Shown piece by piece: positions 1 to 13,556 of a stretch of 64,000 nt of DNA. The stretch covers positions 930,001 to 994,000 of the forward strand of contig NEEC01000013.1 in assembly GCA_002189035.1 (NCBI GenBank). Reading direction: 5' to 3'. Below the pieces are notes generated by a model. That model was not told where the DNA came from and made no database searches. It saw nothing but the letters and a program-made list of their open reading frames with translations. Position numbers and translations under genes: made by a program. Each line of letters starts with the position of its first letter. Position 1 is the first letter of the stretch. The DNA comes from Utricularia gibba (Eukaryota; Plantae; Magnoliophyta).

Positions 1-2230
1 TAATGCAAACAAACCCGAAAGCCATTCTTGAAAATTGGTTCAAATGATCTTCACAAGCTTGATACAGTGGTTACAGACATGTGTGGCCCGATGAATATCT
101 TTAGAAATGAAGTAAATAGATACTATGCCTTGTTTGAGGAATTCTCCAAATATACATGGCTTTATCTCCTCAAAAAGAAATCAAATGTGTTGCACTACTT
201 CATGATATTTAAAGCCATGGTTGAAGCACAGAGTGGTAGGAAAATACTTACATTGACATCCGAACACAAAGGTCAATACATCTCTACCAAACTCAAAAAT
301 ATATGTGAAAATGACAAGAATAGTGCACTAATTTATAGCTCCATACATAGTACAACAAAATAGGACCTATGAAAGGAAAAACCACACCATGATGAATATG
401 ACGAGATGCATTTTATATGAGAAGAAAGTACCTTTGCAATTCTAGGGAAAATTAGTACACACAAAAGGCATAAAGGAGAGAAAGTCACCATACAATTTTT
501 GGTTCAAAAAAAACCAGACTTATATCATCTAAGAATTTTTGGATTTTTCTGCTACATACTCAGGCCAAGGAACTAAGGGCCAAACTAGACACCAAATTTA
601 CAATGAGAATATTTCTAAGTTATTCCAATACTAACTAAGCATACCATGTGTTAAATCTTACCTGCCACAAAATAGGGCTCATTTAAGATGTTATAGTAGA
701 TGAGTCAAAATGCTTTGACTAAGGAAATCTTTCATCTTCCTCTCAAATGGAAGCCTCTACAGTCAACGTGTTAAATTTGTTCTCTTAAAATCAAGAAGTG
801 AATAATACTCTTTATGATATGCATGTTCACCCAAACTCTTCGAAATTTTCAACTGCCACAAGTGTCAACTCAGACTTGTCTACTTTCAATATTCTGAACA
901 ATTACAATGATCTCAACTCACAATCAAGTGATGGTTAGAAAGATCCTGACTCTGTCAATGAATAGAATAGAGTCAGTGAAGATCATGACAATTCATGAAA
1001 TATTGAGGACACACCAGGAGACAATCTTGATTGCTCAACAACTCTCATCAAAATTTCACACTTGAAATAAATGAGGGATCTCCTCAACTCCTCTCTACGA
1101 ATGAAGTGCATGAGGGATCTCCTCAACTCCTTCTGATAGACCCTATGAATGCATCATCAATTAACACTAGATCAAAAGAACTTGCATCACACTACCCATA
1201 TGCTAGATGTGATGGAAATTTGAGTAATCATAATTGATTCAAATCCCGTAGAGTGGCCAAAGGTTACCTTCAACAGGCGGGTATCGACTACTACAAGACA
1301 TTCACTCTAGTAGCCTGACTCAATACAATCAAACTAATTATAGACATGACAATTGTAACTACTAGAAGTTTCATCACTTAGGCATCAAATGTGCTTTTTT
1401 AAATGGAAAGCTACATGAGAAATAAAGGATGGGAAGAACAAGGTACTAAAGGTTAAGAAAACACTATATGGATTGAAGTAAGTACCTAAAGAGTCGTACT
1501 CTACCATCGATTCCTATTTCATCGAATTGGGATATAATAGAAGCAACAACGACACTACACTTTATGTTATGAACACCTAAGCAGGCAAGGTTATCATATC
1601 ACTACTTGTAGATGATATCCTAATTACAAGAAGTAATCCTGACCTCATTGAAGAATAAAAAGCTAGGTTGGAAAATGGCTTCAAATTGGTGGGTCTCGAT
1701 CTTACCAAATACTTTCTTGGCTTAGAAGTTTTGTAAGACCAAGAATACATACTTGTGAGCCAAAAAAATATATTGAGGATTTAATGGTCAGATATGGACT
1801 TCAAGATGCCAAGGGTAGCAAAGTACTATTTCCTCCCGAAGTTAAACTAAAATTTGCAAATGGTGAGATTGAGCATGCCAATGTGCAAGAATACCAATGC
1901 CTCAATGGCGTCCTCTTATGCCCAACCGCAAAAAGACTTAACATTACATTTGCAATGTCTTATCTATCTAGATTCATGCACAAACCTTACACTATACACA
2001 TGAAAGTAGCTAGGAAACTCCTCAAGTACTTGAAATTTAATGATAATTTATGACTTTATTTTAAAATAGGATCTAATCTTTTCTTGCAAGGTTTTGTAGA
2101 CTTTGATTTTGCAGGAAATGAAGATAACTATAGCTCACTATTGATTGCATATTCAACCTAGGATCAACAACTTTTGCATGGAATAACAAAAAGCAAAGTA
2201 CTATTGCACAATCTTCCGCCAAGGCCGAAT
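1..2230 (+). mobile_element. Degenerate Ty1/copia retrotransposon pol remnant (integrase, RT, start of RNase H), many stops and frameshifts
   Basis: Integrase-like ORF 28-363 (TDMCGPM..YTWLYLLKKKS..LTSEHKGQY). RT motifs KGYLQQAGIDYYKTF (~1260) and ISLLVDDILI (YVDD-like, ~1600). RNase H start WNNKKQSTIAQSSAKAE (~2180-2228). Copia domain order INT-RT-RH. Confidence 0.9.
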
Positions 2231-3344
2231 GGGTGATCAAAATATGCATTTAAGGTCTACAAAAGTAACACATTGTATATTTATTTACAATTTATTTACA
2301 TTATAGGGATGAACTTTATGATCGAAAATTTAATTTATATACGATTCTACTATTTTCGTAAAAATGACTACATAAATAGTAATGATTTTCTTGCACCATA
2401 TAGAGGCATACACAACCATCTTAAAGAATGAGATGCAAGTTCAAGAGGGTCGCAAATTGCACGAGAGTTGTTCATAAGAGGCATGTGAGACAAGGAATGT
2501 TATTGAGAGAGCATCACGGCTAATGAAAATAAGATGAAGAATACTTTGTAACTATAATTACTACCCTATTAAGAATAAACATAAATTATTCTTATTTGTA
2601 CTATCATGCAAAATTTCCTTCGACTAGAGATGCTTATAAATTCATATGAGGAATAATGTGGACCTTACGCCATGAATCAAACCCATCACCTACAAGATGA
2701 AGAATAAACCCAACCCAATTGTAGAAACTTAAGGACACATACCTTGTCACCAATCGGAGGTTCTAGAGTTGAACGAGAACTTGAGCCTGGAGGTTGTCGG
2801 AGTGCTACTTGGTGGCCAGACTCTTTTGCTTTCTCTTTTGTTTCTACTCTTTGTAATGAGCAACTTGTGTTGAACATTGTTTTTTTTGTGACGTTCTTCA
2901 TTTTTGTGCCAGTTGGAAAGTCAATGAGGATTAGACTAACCTTGATACTCAAGAGTATGAAGTTAAAGAAGAAGACATATCGAGCATTGAGAATACAAAA
3001 ACTGGACACATTTTGAAAATGCAATGTGGGTTGAGTATAGTAGGGGATGTAGGATTTAGTTACTTCAACAAAAAATTAATGCTTTTCTTGCAATCTTTAA
3101 TTTGATTAGAAGTGTGGCACATTCTAAATTTCAAACTTGTATAGGTGGTTTTAAGTCCTCAAAAGCTACCCCTTGATGAGCCTAATCTTCATTCCTATCT
3201 TTAATCATTTTCAAACAATGGAATTTCACACAGCATTTGACATCTTAAGTATGATAAGTAGAAGGAATCAACACCACAAGAAGGGCAAAAATGAACATTC
3301 TATATGATTATAAGGTTATAGTTCACATTTTGACATATAACGTT

Positions 3345-3523
3345 GTAAACCATTCAAACGTAATCAATCATACCAAATCAATAGTTTTACTGAAGCATAA
3401 TAATTTAAACACATTGATCAAACCAACACATTTCTAAAATTATACATTCATACGTAATCATACGTAAACCATTCAAACGTAATCAATCATACCAAATCAA
3501 TAGTTTTACTTAAGCATAATAAT
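3345..3523. repeat. Two ~60-bp direct repeats, 119 bp apart
   Basis: gtaaaccattcaaacgtaatcaatcataccaaatcaatagttttact(g/t)aagcataataat at 3345-3404 and 3464-3523, with one mismatch. Confidence 0.9.
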
Positions 3524-3866
3524 ATACATAGGTTTTTTGTAGTAGAATAACATAAATCCTAATAAACTAACTACACAGAATAAACAAGCCTTAAGTATCA
3601 CATAGTTCTAGTTCATATTCCAAACTATGAATCGACATATTGTGAAATCATAATGATTTAATGACATATGAATTCCTTCACTTCCGCTGATGTTGACCCC
3701 TAAAATTCCCTTCAAGGACAGTTGCTTGGTAGAACATAATCAACGTCGAGATAATATACCCAGGATTTTCTTCCTTGCTCATAGCAGGGACAGCCATTAA
3801 CGTGTGATTGTATCTCAATCTAGGGTCATTGATTTAGGAGGAATGAGGTCAAAATCTCAATTCTCT

Positions 3867-6800
3867 TGATAGCCCAACACCTCAAGCATTTCGACAGAAA
3901 TTAGAGTAATAGAAAGATGGTTTTTTTGACTTGTGAAAATTTGAGGTATTTCTTTCTTTCAAGAGCTCCAGTGGTGAGATTATGAGGAATACTCTAACAA
4001 TAAGTCTTATTTCAACAATGTCATCAAGTTGAGACAAGTTGGAGTTTCTGGAATTTATCTTTTATTTTTTTGCATGAAATTTAATTTTAGTTGTGATTTG
4101 TATCATAGTCCAAAAGAGGAATCAAAAACTGATGAGGATCATACTTCATATTTCTATCAATTGATTTCATGAACAAATTTACAAGAAATTGATGAACCAT
4201 TCTTGGGGGTGTTATATGGCTAGTCTTCGGCCATCAATACTTGAAGTATTGAATATGTTTGATCCATTAACTGTACTGAAGCATTTTAGAGAGCATTGAT
4301 AATTGAGAAAAAAAGATAAGAAAGAAGACGAAGTAGATGGCACTACTACTATGAGTACGCCTAATGTTAAGGAATCATTAGCTCCTCAAGTGTAGCAACC
4401 TAGAAATTGACTATTTTTGTGAAGTGCTTCTCATGTGGTGAAATCGGCCATAAGAGTACTAAGTGTAGAAGTATCGAGAAGAGAAACATGTATGTGGATC
4501 CAATAAATTAAGATGAAGGGAACGATGACACTCGCTTTGAGAACTTATATGTGGAATCTACCTCAAAGATACTTGTTGGTAATGATATTATTCAGACTCT
4601 AGTCGAAAGGAGGATTTGCCTAACTCTAGCAATGGAATCTGGCACCTTGTGGCTATTGAATAATATCTTTCAATCAACTTGCATCATTGGAAACAAGGTG
4701 TGCAAATTTATCATCAATGCCAGGAGCTGCGGCTACTTCATTTGAAAAGAGGCTGTACAAAAGTTAGCATTGAAGACGAAGGCTCTTGGAAAACCATATT
4801 AGTTCAAGGGAATTTATAAGGATTCTTTCTACCAAGTATCAAAGAAGGCTTAAGTCAACTTCTCTATTGGAAAAATTTGAAAGGATAAGGTGTTGTGCGA
4901 CATCATGAAAATGGATGCTCGTCACTAATTTCTAGGGAGGCTATGACAGTATGATAGCCATACGAACCACGATGAACATCCTAACACATATTAATTTTAG
5001 TTTAGTGAGTCAAAAATTGTATTATTATTGTCTAGATCTTTAGGGAGTGACTCAAAGGTTGTTGTTAGCTTTCTTTTGCATAAGTACCTTGAAGTCGAGA
5101 TTGAAGATCAAATGGCTTTCTTGATTGTAGAGAAATTCAGACAGCAAGCTGTTTAAGATTATTTTAATAGTCGAGAATTTTCAATAATATTTCCTGATAA
5201 TCTACCTTCAAGACTACCCTCTTTACGTAATATTCAACATCAGGTTGACTTTATTCTAAGGACTATCTTACCAAACAAGGCTCAGTATAAAATGAGTTTT
5301 GGTGAACATGAAGAGTGAGGAGACATGTTGAGGAGCTTGTATCTAAAGAACACATCAGGGAAAGTCTAAGCCCATGTGCCGTATCGGCAATATTCATACC
5401 TAAAAAAGGAGGAACATGGCACATGTATGAGGATAGTTGTGCCATCAAAAATCTCATGGTGAAATATCAGTTTCATATTCCGAGATTGGATGATTTATTT
5501 GATTAAGTTCATGGTGCTTCTATTTTCAGCAAACTCAATTTAAAAAATGGGTATAACTAGATTTGTATCAGACTAAGGGATGAATGAAAAGCAACATTCA
5601 ATACTCGGAAAGGCCTATATAAGTGACTTGTTATGCCATTCGGACTATCTAATGCCCCAAGCACATCCATGAGAGTCATGAAGTAGCTCCTACGTCTCTT
5701 TATTGGATGTTGAACTGTGATTTACTTCAATGAAATTTTGATTTATAGTCGTGACAGAGACACATATCAAGGATGTGAAGAATATATTCCCAACCTTACA
5801 AGCAGCATGCTTTTTTGAAGTCCTTACTATGTGTATCTTCTTCATTGATTATGTAGTATTCTTGAGGTTTATTATTTCAGGAAATGGATTCAAAGTTGAT
5901 CCATCAAAGGTGAAAGTAATTAAAGTATGGTCAACCCCCACATTCTTTGAAGTAAGGATTTTCACAATCTTGCCTCACTTTATCGGAGATTCATTTCCCA
6001 TTTTAGCACAAAATTGGTCCCAATTACAAAGTGTGTCAAGGAAGAAATATTCACATGGAACGCAATAGTTGAGCAAGCCTTTTCACATATTAAATAGTTG
6101 TTGTCATCCCCAATGTTGACACTATCAAACTTCACCCAATCATTCAAACTCCATTGTCATGCATCAAGAGTAGGCATTGGTGCCGTGTTGAGCTAGTTTG
6201 GCTGTCTCATAGCATACTTCAATGAGATACTAAGTGAAGGAAAGCTTAAATGTTCTACTTATGATCTTGGGTTATTCTCTCTTAGATAAGAGGTTAAGCA
6301 TTAGAGACACTATCTCTTTCAACAAGATTTCATTATGTAGATTGACCATGACTCCTTGAAGTATATCCATTCTCAAGAAAAAGTTTTGATTTATCATGCT
6401 TGTTGGTTTTCTTATTTGCAACGGTTCTCTTTCTCCATTCACCACACTAGTGGAACCTTAAATTGAGTAGCAAATGCGTTAAGTCACAAAAGAGTTTGCT
6501 TGACAACTTTGTGGGTTATTGTGGTAGGGTGTGAGGTGTTATCCCAATTATATTCTAAGGATACCTACTTTGTTGAGATTTTGAAGACTGTTAACATGGA
6601 AATTTTCACAGGGTTTTCCTTGGTTGATGGGTTTCTGTTGAAGTGAAACCACTTGTGTATATCGGAATCGAGTTTACAAATTCAACTGATCCATGAAATT
6701 CATGGTGAAGGCCATGTTGGGCAAGATAGGACTCTAATATTGCTTCAAGAGTTATATTTTTGACACGAGCAGCACCATACAGTGTCATGTTTACCAACAT

Positions 6801-9273
6801 ACAAAGGGACAGCCTTCAAACGTAAATCTGTAAATGCCATTACCCACTCCTTTGAAGCCATGGGTTGATCTTACCATGGACTTCATCTTAGGTCTATCAT
6901 GGATGACTCATGGGTTTGATTCTATATTTTCCATCATAGATCAGTTTTAAAAAATGGCTCACTTTATATCATGCATGAAGACAATGGATGCAAGTGCAAT
7001 AGCTACTATCTTATTTCAAGAAATATACTATTTACAGAAATTGCCTTTATCGATTGTGTCTGATCGTGACACAAGGTTTGTTGGTCATTTTTGGAGAAGT
7101 TTAAGGCAACTAGTCGAAACCAAGCTTAATATCAGTAGCACCTATCAACGGTGTCTTGTTGATAGTGATCATAAAGGGTGGAATGTACTCTTGAGTCGGG
7201 CTAAATTCACCCATAATCATGTGGCAAGTCGTACGATCAGCTTCAGTCCCTTCCAAGTTCAAAGTTATATATTTTGTGCAACCTCAGAGACCTACGATAC
7301 TGACTCATCTAGTGGATCAGCAGTGTCTAAATAGAAATGCTGAACAATTTTTTAATTCCTTGCAGATAGTCCATCAGCAAGTCATCGACAACCTTAATAC
7401 TATAAGGTTTCTCATAGACATCATATGTCCTCAATGCAGCGAAATTTAAAATTTTTGAGAAACCCAAAACACAAATCTCAGAATACGGTATACATTAGAT
7501 AAAGTGATTCTAAAAATACATTTCAGTGCACTCCGTTATTCACCAATTGCCAACAGTAGACGGCCTCTATGGTAGCCACACGTGAAGCACTCTATCGATA
7601 ACCTTCTCAAAATATGAAAAATCTATGATGGTCAATCTCTTTAGATGCTAGTAGAGAAAGTCTCTCCTTACAGATAGATCTGATAGAGAATGAATATATG
7701 AAAAATCTATGTGGATTGAATCTTTCTGATTATCTTATATAGATATCTGGTAACATATTTAATCAAATCTTCATGAAGATCTTATCTCATGGAAATCTAG
7801 TAAATATATATGTTCTCAAATTTTATCTATATCAGATCATTTATTTTAAATTTAATCAATACTAATTTCAACATAACTTTCTATTTAATTTATTCAGTTT
7901 ACCAATTATATTTCATGTAATTGTGTCATTCTATTTTATATCAATGAATGTTTTCACTATTAAGTGTGACACTATCAGATTTTTTAATCAAGGTCGTAAT
8001 AATGAATTTTTTAATTAACTCTTAATTAATTAAATCCATCATTATCGATCATGAGTAATGTCTATTAACATATCATGATTCCCAAGATATAAAAATAATC
8101 AGGTGAACTGATTGAAGCTTTCTATGACCAATCATCATGTAATAAATAGCTTTCATCATACTTATATCTCATTTGATACCAAATAATGGGTGTGTGTCTT
8201 TCTAATGTATTGAACTTATAATTGCATTTATGTACTGACACTCAATAAACTACTCAAACTCTTCGAGTGTCATTACCCTGGACCCAAGACTTATTGTTAG
8301 GCTTTATTGCAATTATTTGAGATAAAATCTCATAGCTAACATGAGTGATGAATTCTTTATTAATCAATCAACTACCTCTAATTTTAAGGAGTCTCATCTC
8401 TTCTCATCTATATTAGGCAAATCATGATTAGAATCCCATTAGTAATGAGCAAAAACGCAAGCTTAAAATCAAGATAACTTTGTTGATCTTAAATCTAAGT
8501 TTACTTGCATGGTTATCATATTCTAAATCTTGCTATTAACACTTGGTTAACTTCTCATAATAGCATCTAAAAAACGAGTCATCCAGTGAATCAACTCTCT
8601 AATTGACATCCACGCATTGCCTAAACAACTTAGAGAACTCAATATGTGCCAGCTAATATGTATTTGTGATATCTTCATTTTACAAATACGTCAACCAAAG
8701 AATTTTTAACTTGAACATAAATACTTAAAGAATCTTACATTATGATCTCATCATAATTTATCTAGCATATAGAACAAGTAGAGTATTTTATCAATGATAT
8801 AAATTTGATTACAATTCAAAATAAATATCAAACGATAATATTTTCCAATAAGTTGATTGTCTCTAGAATACATACACTAACAAATATATTCAATACCAAA
8901 TACAAAGCCATCATAAACAAATCTAAGAGATTTGTGGAATACAAGGTCAGGATTTGGCTTGGATACTTATCATGAAGAATCAGTGTCTTGCTCATGAATA
9001 TCACAAGCTTGCATTTAAGAAGATTGGTCCTGGTCCAGTGGAAATACTAGAGAAGATCAATTTTAATGCTTATAAGGAGCATCTACCTCCTAGATTTCAA
9101 ATGTGTGATGTTTTTAATGTTCGCCATATGTTCCCTTATCATTTAGAGGTAAATGCTTTTACACCTAAAGAGGATGTAGGAGGTAAATGCTCTTGACAGC
9201 CCAATGCCTCAAGCATTTTCATGGGAATTGGTACAACACCAAGGTAGTTTTTTTGACTTATGAAAATTTGAGG
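3867..9273 (+). mobile_element. Degenerate Ty3/gypsy LTR retrotransposon (gag-PR-RT-RH-INT), CRM-like, interrupted by a solo LTR
   Basis: Gag remnant with VLNMFDPLT and a CCHC-like tgcttctcatgtgg (~4150-4470). Protease-region STCIIGNKVCKFIINARSC. RT SLSPCAVSAIFIPKKGGTWHMYEDSCAI and IPRLDDLFD. Integrase AHFISCMKT..IVSDRDTRFVGHFWRSL. Tail KIGPGPVEILEKINFNAYK..DVFNVRH. Flanked by 80-bp direct repeats (3867-3946, 9194-9273). Confidence 0.9.
7401..8882 (-). mobile_element. Solo LTR (1482 bp), Angela/BARE-like copia lineage, nested in the gypsy integrase tail
   Basis: On the minus strand it starts TGTTAGTGTATGTATTCTAGAGACAAT (resembles the BARE-1-type LTR start) and ends CTTATA (degenerate ..ACA). 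5-bp TSD aatac (7396-7400) / aatat (8883-8887). Removing it restores the gypsy frame DNLN-IFNTKYKA. Confidence 0.8.
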
Positions 9274-9403
9274 ATAATAATATTATTATTATTATTAAAA
9301 ATTTGATACTTATCATAAGATATTTTATAACTAGACATATTTCGTATTTCATATCTACATACAAACGTGTTTTCATGTAATGTATTCAAGAGCCTTGCTT
9401 CTT

Positions 9404-10576
9404 AACACCCCTTTGTAATGGTTGGGTCATCTTGAATCGGCCCATTCTTCATAATTTTAAAACTTTTCTGGGTGGTGTAGTCTAAGAAAATAAAAAATAT
9501 ACATACGTTCGGAAGAACAGGCTGCGGATATTCTGAAGAAATGCTTATTTCCAAAGAACTTCAATCGAATTTGACATTTGCAAGGGTTATGATTGAATGT
9601 GCTACTCACTTAATCGGAATCCAAATTCCTTCATCAAGGAGGAATGTTGGTGGGTGAAGAAGGAATTGATTCAAATTCCCAACAACATGAGGAAAAATGG
9701 CGAGAAAGCGGAAACCTGATGAAGATGCATGGATCTATGGAACTTGGGAAGAAAGAGAAGGAGATGGACAATGGAACTGTTCTCATGGTGATTGGGCCTG
9801 GGCAATTGAAGTCTCACTTGAAACAGACCACGAATTGTGAAGCTCGTCGCAATTCACCTGGCCCAAGACCTGAGAGAGGAGAATCACGTAAGAAAATCAG
9901 CTTGCAAAGCAAGAGTAAATGCAGCAGATTCATGGAGCAACGGTAACTTTCCAACAGACATAAGCCAAGTCTATAAATAAGAGACCTTGTGATGTATGTA
10001 TGCACAGCTAGTTACAAAGTCTTAAAAGACTTCAAAACATTTTCTGCTCATTCACGCAATCCCTTCTCAATACAAAGTCAAGTTCTCCAACCGATACTAC
10101 TGGTGCCAAAGATGCTACTATAATTGTTGAAATTATTGCTCAGATTACTCGGCTGTTGATGTTTCTTCTAAGGCACAGATGATACCAATTCAATTGGGTT
10201 GCTGTTGTTGTCAATTGATTATCCGATTGCATGCACAGATGAACCATAATCCATCTCAGACGCCATAATGAAATCCCGTCCATGAAAAGAACTCCAAGCA
10301 AAACTTTACACCAACATCGGACCTCTAATCATTAAAAAAAAAAAAAACCATTTTTGCACCTTAATTCTTTCACCAATGCCCCAACTCAACATCAACATTG
10401 AAGAAACAAGAAAAATCATTTTTCATGCACAAAAAAAAAAAAAAAAGAAACACTATGTCCTCCTTCCCACCACCCCTTTGTAATGGTTGGATGGTTCTGA
10501 ACCCAACCCGTTCTTAACAATTTTTAAACTTTTATGGGGTGGTGATATGTCTAAGAAAATGAAAAATATATATAAT
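9404..10576. repeat. Two diverged ~100-bp direct repeats (9404-9507, 10468-10576), each containing a short internal inverted repeat
   Basis: Shared cacccctttgtaatggttgg...aaacttt..gggtggtg..gtctaagaaaat.aaaaatata. Copy 2 has caccacccc...ggggtggtg inverted ends (10468-10543). Confidence 0.7.
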
Positions 10577-10770
10577 TTGTAAAATAAAAAATTATTCAAG
10601 TATTTTATAGATCATAAATTACAGTATAACCCAAGCAGTTTGTTTATATAGAATTTCACCAAAAATAGCAACTACTTTTTAGGATATATTTAGAAAGTGA
10701 CTATTGTAGTACCCCGACCATCACAAGTACATCAGAATTCCAAACAAAACGAGCCCAAAACATCTGAACC

Positions 10771-13556
10771 TCAGTGACCAGCATTTACTGGTTTCTGGAA
10801 CACCCTGACCACCGGCATTCCATCACCCTCGCCGCCCTTCACCCGCCACGACCGGTCCTTCTTCCTCTGTGGCTTCTTATGCTGCTTGTGGGCCGCCCTG
10901 GCCGGCTTCTTCCTCGCAGATACCTTACCGGAGGAGGCAAGGATTCCATTGTCGATGTCGAAAATTTTCATATCATCCATCACTTCAGCTAAGCGATCGC
11001 CGTCTCTGAGCTCGGAAGCCGGAGGTTGCATAAGATCATCTGACTCGCATTCTAGTAGCTCGAATGAGTTGAGAGATTCAGCATCGTCGTCTGAGGTTTC
11101 TTCACCATGAGATGATATCTCAGGTGGTGTCTCAAAGTGGGCAAGCTTCCCATCAATATAGTCTTTCAAGATCTGGCGGGCGGCTCTTGTTTCATCGGGG
11201 AGACCACCTGCAGCAACATACCCACGGGAAGCACAGTAGGCTCTTAGAAGCTCAAAAGAAGAAGGTGGCCTTGATTGTGGTTCATACGGCTTCGGCTTCG
11301 GCAAGGTAATTCTGTAGGTATCCTCAAAAACAGACCTGGGAACTCGATTTGCGACCACCTGAATCGCCTCACGGTGCTCTCTCATTCGATCGATGGGTAA
11401 AACCCCAGATGCAATCATTTCATGCCTTGAACTCGTGAATGATGGGAACACCAATCCCGGGCAATCACAGAGGGTCAGCTTATCAGATACTATGAGTGTC
11501 TGGAAATGCTTGGTCTTCCCAGGGGTAGAAGTCACACCTGTTCTCTTCTCACCCACCAGTGCGTTGATTGTGGAACTCTTTCCTACGTTGGGATACCCCA
11601 CAAAGCCGACGACAACAGGGCGTGAATCTGGTGACCGACTCTCAGACTGGTTTATGTTAGTGGAACTAGATTCACATCTGGCTGAAACAATCTCCTCAGC
11701 TTCCGATTGCAAACGTGCAAGCAGTTCATCCCTGCCATATATTTTTGTAGCCGCATAAGCTGAATCTGGGTCGGTACTTGTGGTTCCTGGATTGCAAGGG
11801 TCCTTTTTCTCTAAAGCAGCAGTAGCAGCTTTGGCTGACCAGAAAAGGAAAAGAATGCCTTGCTGATCAAAGTACTTCGCCCATTGTTCTCTGCACAAAA
11901 ACAGGACATCAGCAATTGAACAAATCAGCGAGTGATCTAAGTGCCTGAATAATACAGACCTGACAGACAACTCGAGAAGGTCCGCTTTGTTGACAAGCAG
12001 CAATGTTCTTTTGTGCTTGTCCACTTCCCTTGCGTATGCCTGGCCAATGACGAACTTCATTAAAAAAGTTGAAAATGGCACAAGTCTTAAGCCCAAAAAA
12101 TCATTACCTCAAGATCAGGGCAACGGTAAAACAGTGGATCCCTTGCATCAACCACCATCACAAGCTAAGGGATTTTATAAAGGGGAGATATTAGAATCAC
12201 ACTCAAAGAAACATTAAAGAACGATAATTAAAAAGAGATGATGAATTGTGCGGCAGAGGGTCAAGCAAATTTGAAGCTTAAATAAAATTCAAAACACTGA
12301 GGTAACCGTATCTCACCAGATCACTACGCTCAACCACTCTCCAAAGTTGCCTCCAGATATCTAAGTTCTTCTCAAATGGGGTAAGAACTAGGTTCTCATT
12401 GGCCTCAAGGCTGCAGTAGCCAAAACGAGAAACGTGCAGAAAAAATCCAAAATCAGTAACGGTTTAATCTCATGGAGACATTGTGCTCGAAAAAATTGTA
12501 AAATGTTTAAAATCAGCGCTCAGAAGTGGAAGGCAAACATCACTGTATGTGATCAAACAGAATAAAAATGCAGAAACACAGATACAAATTTAGTTTTTGC
12601 CACAAAACACTAACAGCTATACACCTTGATCTTTATATGATTTAACAGCTCTACAAATTTAGTTTCAACCCCAACAAGTTCTTGAAACGTTTTACAGTTC
12701 TACAATTTGACAAGGTAATGCACAAAGTTTCCTGAAGCCATAGAATGATCGCTCTAGACAAAAAAACGTCAACACAACTTCATGAGCTGCTAAATGCAAG
12801 ATTTACGTAAGGATCAACAAAAAGAATGGAGATGGTGGACCTTGCAAGGTTAGAGCGCCACTCCAGAAAGGCTCTTCTCTCACTCTCATCGAGCTCTTCT
12901 ACCGACATTTTAGCATTCCAAGGTGGCCGGCGAGGAATACGCAGGCTACTGGCATACAAGGCCTCTTCTCTTTTTTGATGTTCTTTTAATTCCTCAGCGG
13001 TGAAGTCCTTTGCGATTGAAGCCTGATCTCTGCCCACGATAAAAGAGGAGACGTCTCAGTAAGAACCCAAAAATGAGACAGCAAGGAAACAGATGAACCA
13101 CAGATATCATAAAAAGAATCAAAAAATGTAAGCATTCGCAACGTAATAAAAGCTGCTTTCCTCATACTAACAGCAATCCATAGTTCTCAAAAAAAAAAAA
13201 ATCAGGTCAAAATTGAATCTTGCACGAACAACTAGGAGGAAAATACGCAACCACGCATAAAACTCACACAAACGCGCATCATAAACAAGAACCTGCCTAC
13301 AGAATGAAAATAAAAACAAAGAAAATAGTGCTCACAATCTAATTGGGTTCTTCATGGAAAGGTCAGCGTTGGCAAAGAGATGAGCCTCAGCTGCCTGTTC
13401 AATCACTGCATCAATATCGCTGACCTCCGTCACCGATTCAAGGACCTTCCTATTCTGGCTCCTGTAATACCTCCCTTTCTCCTTGGACTGCTGCACCATT
13501 TGATTATGATGCTTCACCAGAGCCCGCCCCAGCCCAGTTTTCTCAGTCTTCGGCAT
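10771..13556 (-). CDS. LSG1: Large subunit GTPase 1 homolog (60S biogenesis cpGTPase), 6 exons, ~586 aa
   Basis: Exons 13556-13336, 13029-12841, 12410-12317, 12164-12108, 12039-11960, 11890-10771. All introns GT-AG and phases consistent (1761 nt). Motifs MPKTEKTGLGRALVKHH, FEKNLDIWRQLWRV, DARDP, NKADLL, GYPNVGKSSTIN, DCPGLVFP. Confidence 0.97.

Noticed and set aside
2230-3860. Possible hAT or caulimovirus-like fragments (WVEYS; GDGFDSWRK)
   Set aside because: Only 5-9-residue resemblances amid many stops, too weak to assign.
9620-9690. Short inverted repeats suggesting a miRNA precursor
   Set aside because: Stems are about 9-14 bp and interrupted, and there is no match to a miRNA I recognise.
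10771-12096. 441-aa ORF as a complete single-exon GTPase gene
   Set aside because: It reads through two intronic segments. The true gene has six exons starting at 13556.
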